Shown here in pieces: positions 63,915 to 64,000 of a stretch of DNA of 64,000 nt. The DNA comes from a virus (Duplodnaviria; Caudoviricetes). Numbering within the stretch: position 1 is the first letter of the stretch; every line of letters begins with the position of its first letter. Where the stretch lies: the IMG/VR virus record IMGVR_UViG_3300046170_000302; one strand, given 5' to 3'. Both the position numbers and the translations under genes were made by a program. Below the pieces are notes generated by a model. The model was not told the origin of the DNA. It worked only from the letters and a program-made list of their open reading frames with translations, and did not search any database.

Positions 63915-63966
63915 TAAAGTTACTCACCTCTAAACTGCCCCACTATTGTAATCACTCATTCAACTT

Positions 63967-64000
63967 ATGACACTCACACAAACCAAAACCGAATATCTCA
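63967..64000 (+). CDS. Partial ORF (3'-truncated)
   Basis: ATG 14 nt after repeat copy 6. Confidence 0.5.
   Translation, partial: MTLTQTKTEYL

Larger units (their letters stand above)
60442..63952 (+). repeat. Six dispersed copies of a 34-bp element, consensus GTTACTCACCTCTAAATTGCTCCACTANTGTAA(C/G)
   Basis: Copies at 60442, 61016, 61972, 62940, 63482 and 63919; each lies between a stop codon and an ATG. Confidence 0.92.

Noticed and set aside
60442-63952. 34-bp repeats as a CRISPR array
   Set aside because: Intervals are 437-968 bp, irregular and protein-coding; no cas genes.
60442-63952. NtcA site within the repeat
   Set aside because: NtcA consensus is GTA-N8-TAC; the repeat has the opposite arm order and a 24-nt core.
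1-64000. tRNA, rRNA, integrase, transposase, homing endonuclease or intron
   Set aside because: None recognisable by eye; intergenic gaps are mostly too short. tRNAscan-SE/Infernal were not run.

Overview
Fragment of a large T4-like (myovirus) marine phage genome, most plausibly a cyanophage. Support: gp5-like baseplate gene, T4-type late promoters (TATAAATA/nTAAATA), many 2OG-Fe(II) oxygenases and a CP12-like ORF. Almost everything is on the + strand. Layout: 1-13.5 kb baseplate/tail-hub genes, including two long proteins with peptidoglycan-hydrolase modules. 13.5-14.3 kb is a small island with a host-type promoter. 14.3-55.5 kb is a ~41 kb array of fibre, adaptor and adhesin genes (four free-standing Gly-rich tip proteins, an Ig/Gly-rich protein and three LamG/SPRY giants) interrupted by oxygenase genes. 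55.6-64 kb holds small early/accessory ORFs, the last ~3.5 kb punctuated by six copies of a 34-bp element. About 30 genes or gene segments are broken by what I reconstruct by eye as single extra bases, most likely sequencing/consensus errors, so many ORF-track entries are fragments of one gene. Most notable observations: (1) an apparent plug-and-socket connector grammar in the fibre array; (2) near-identical 30-66 bp DNA anchors separating otherwise divergent modules of paralogous adhesin genes; (3) cupredoxin-like H...CxxHxxM domains in fibre proteins; (4) a relic oxygenase promoter and gene start; (5) the 34-bp cassette-boundary repeat. All functional calls come from motif recognition only; no database searches were run.
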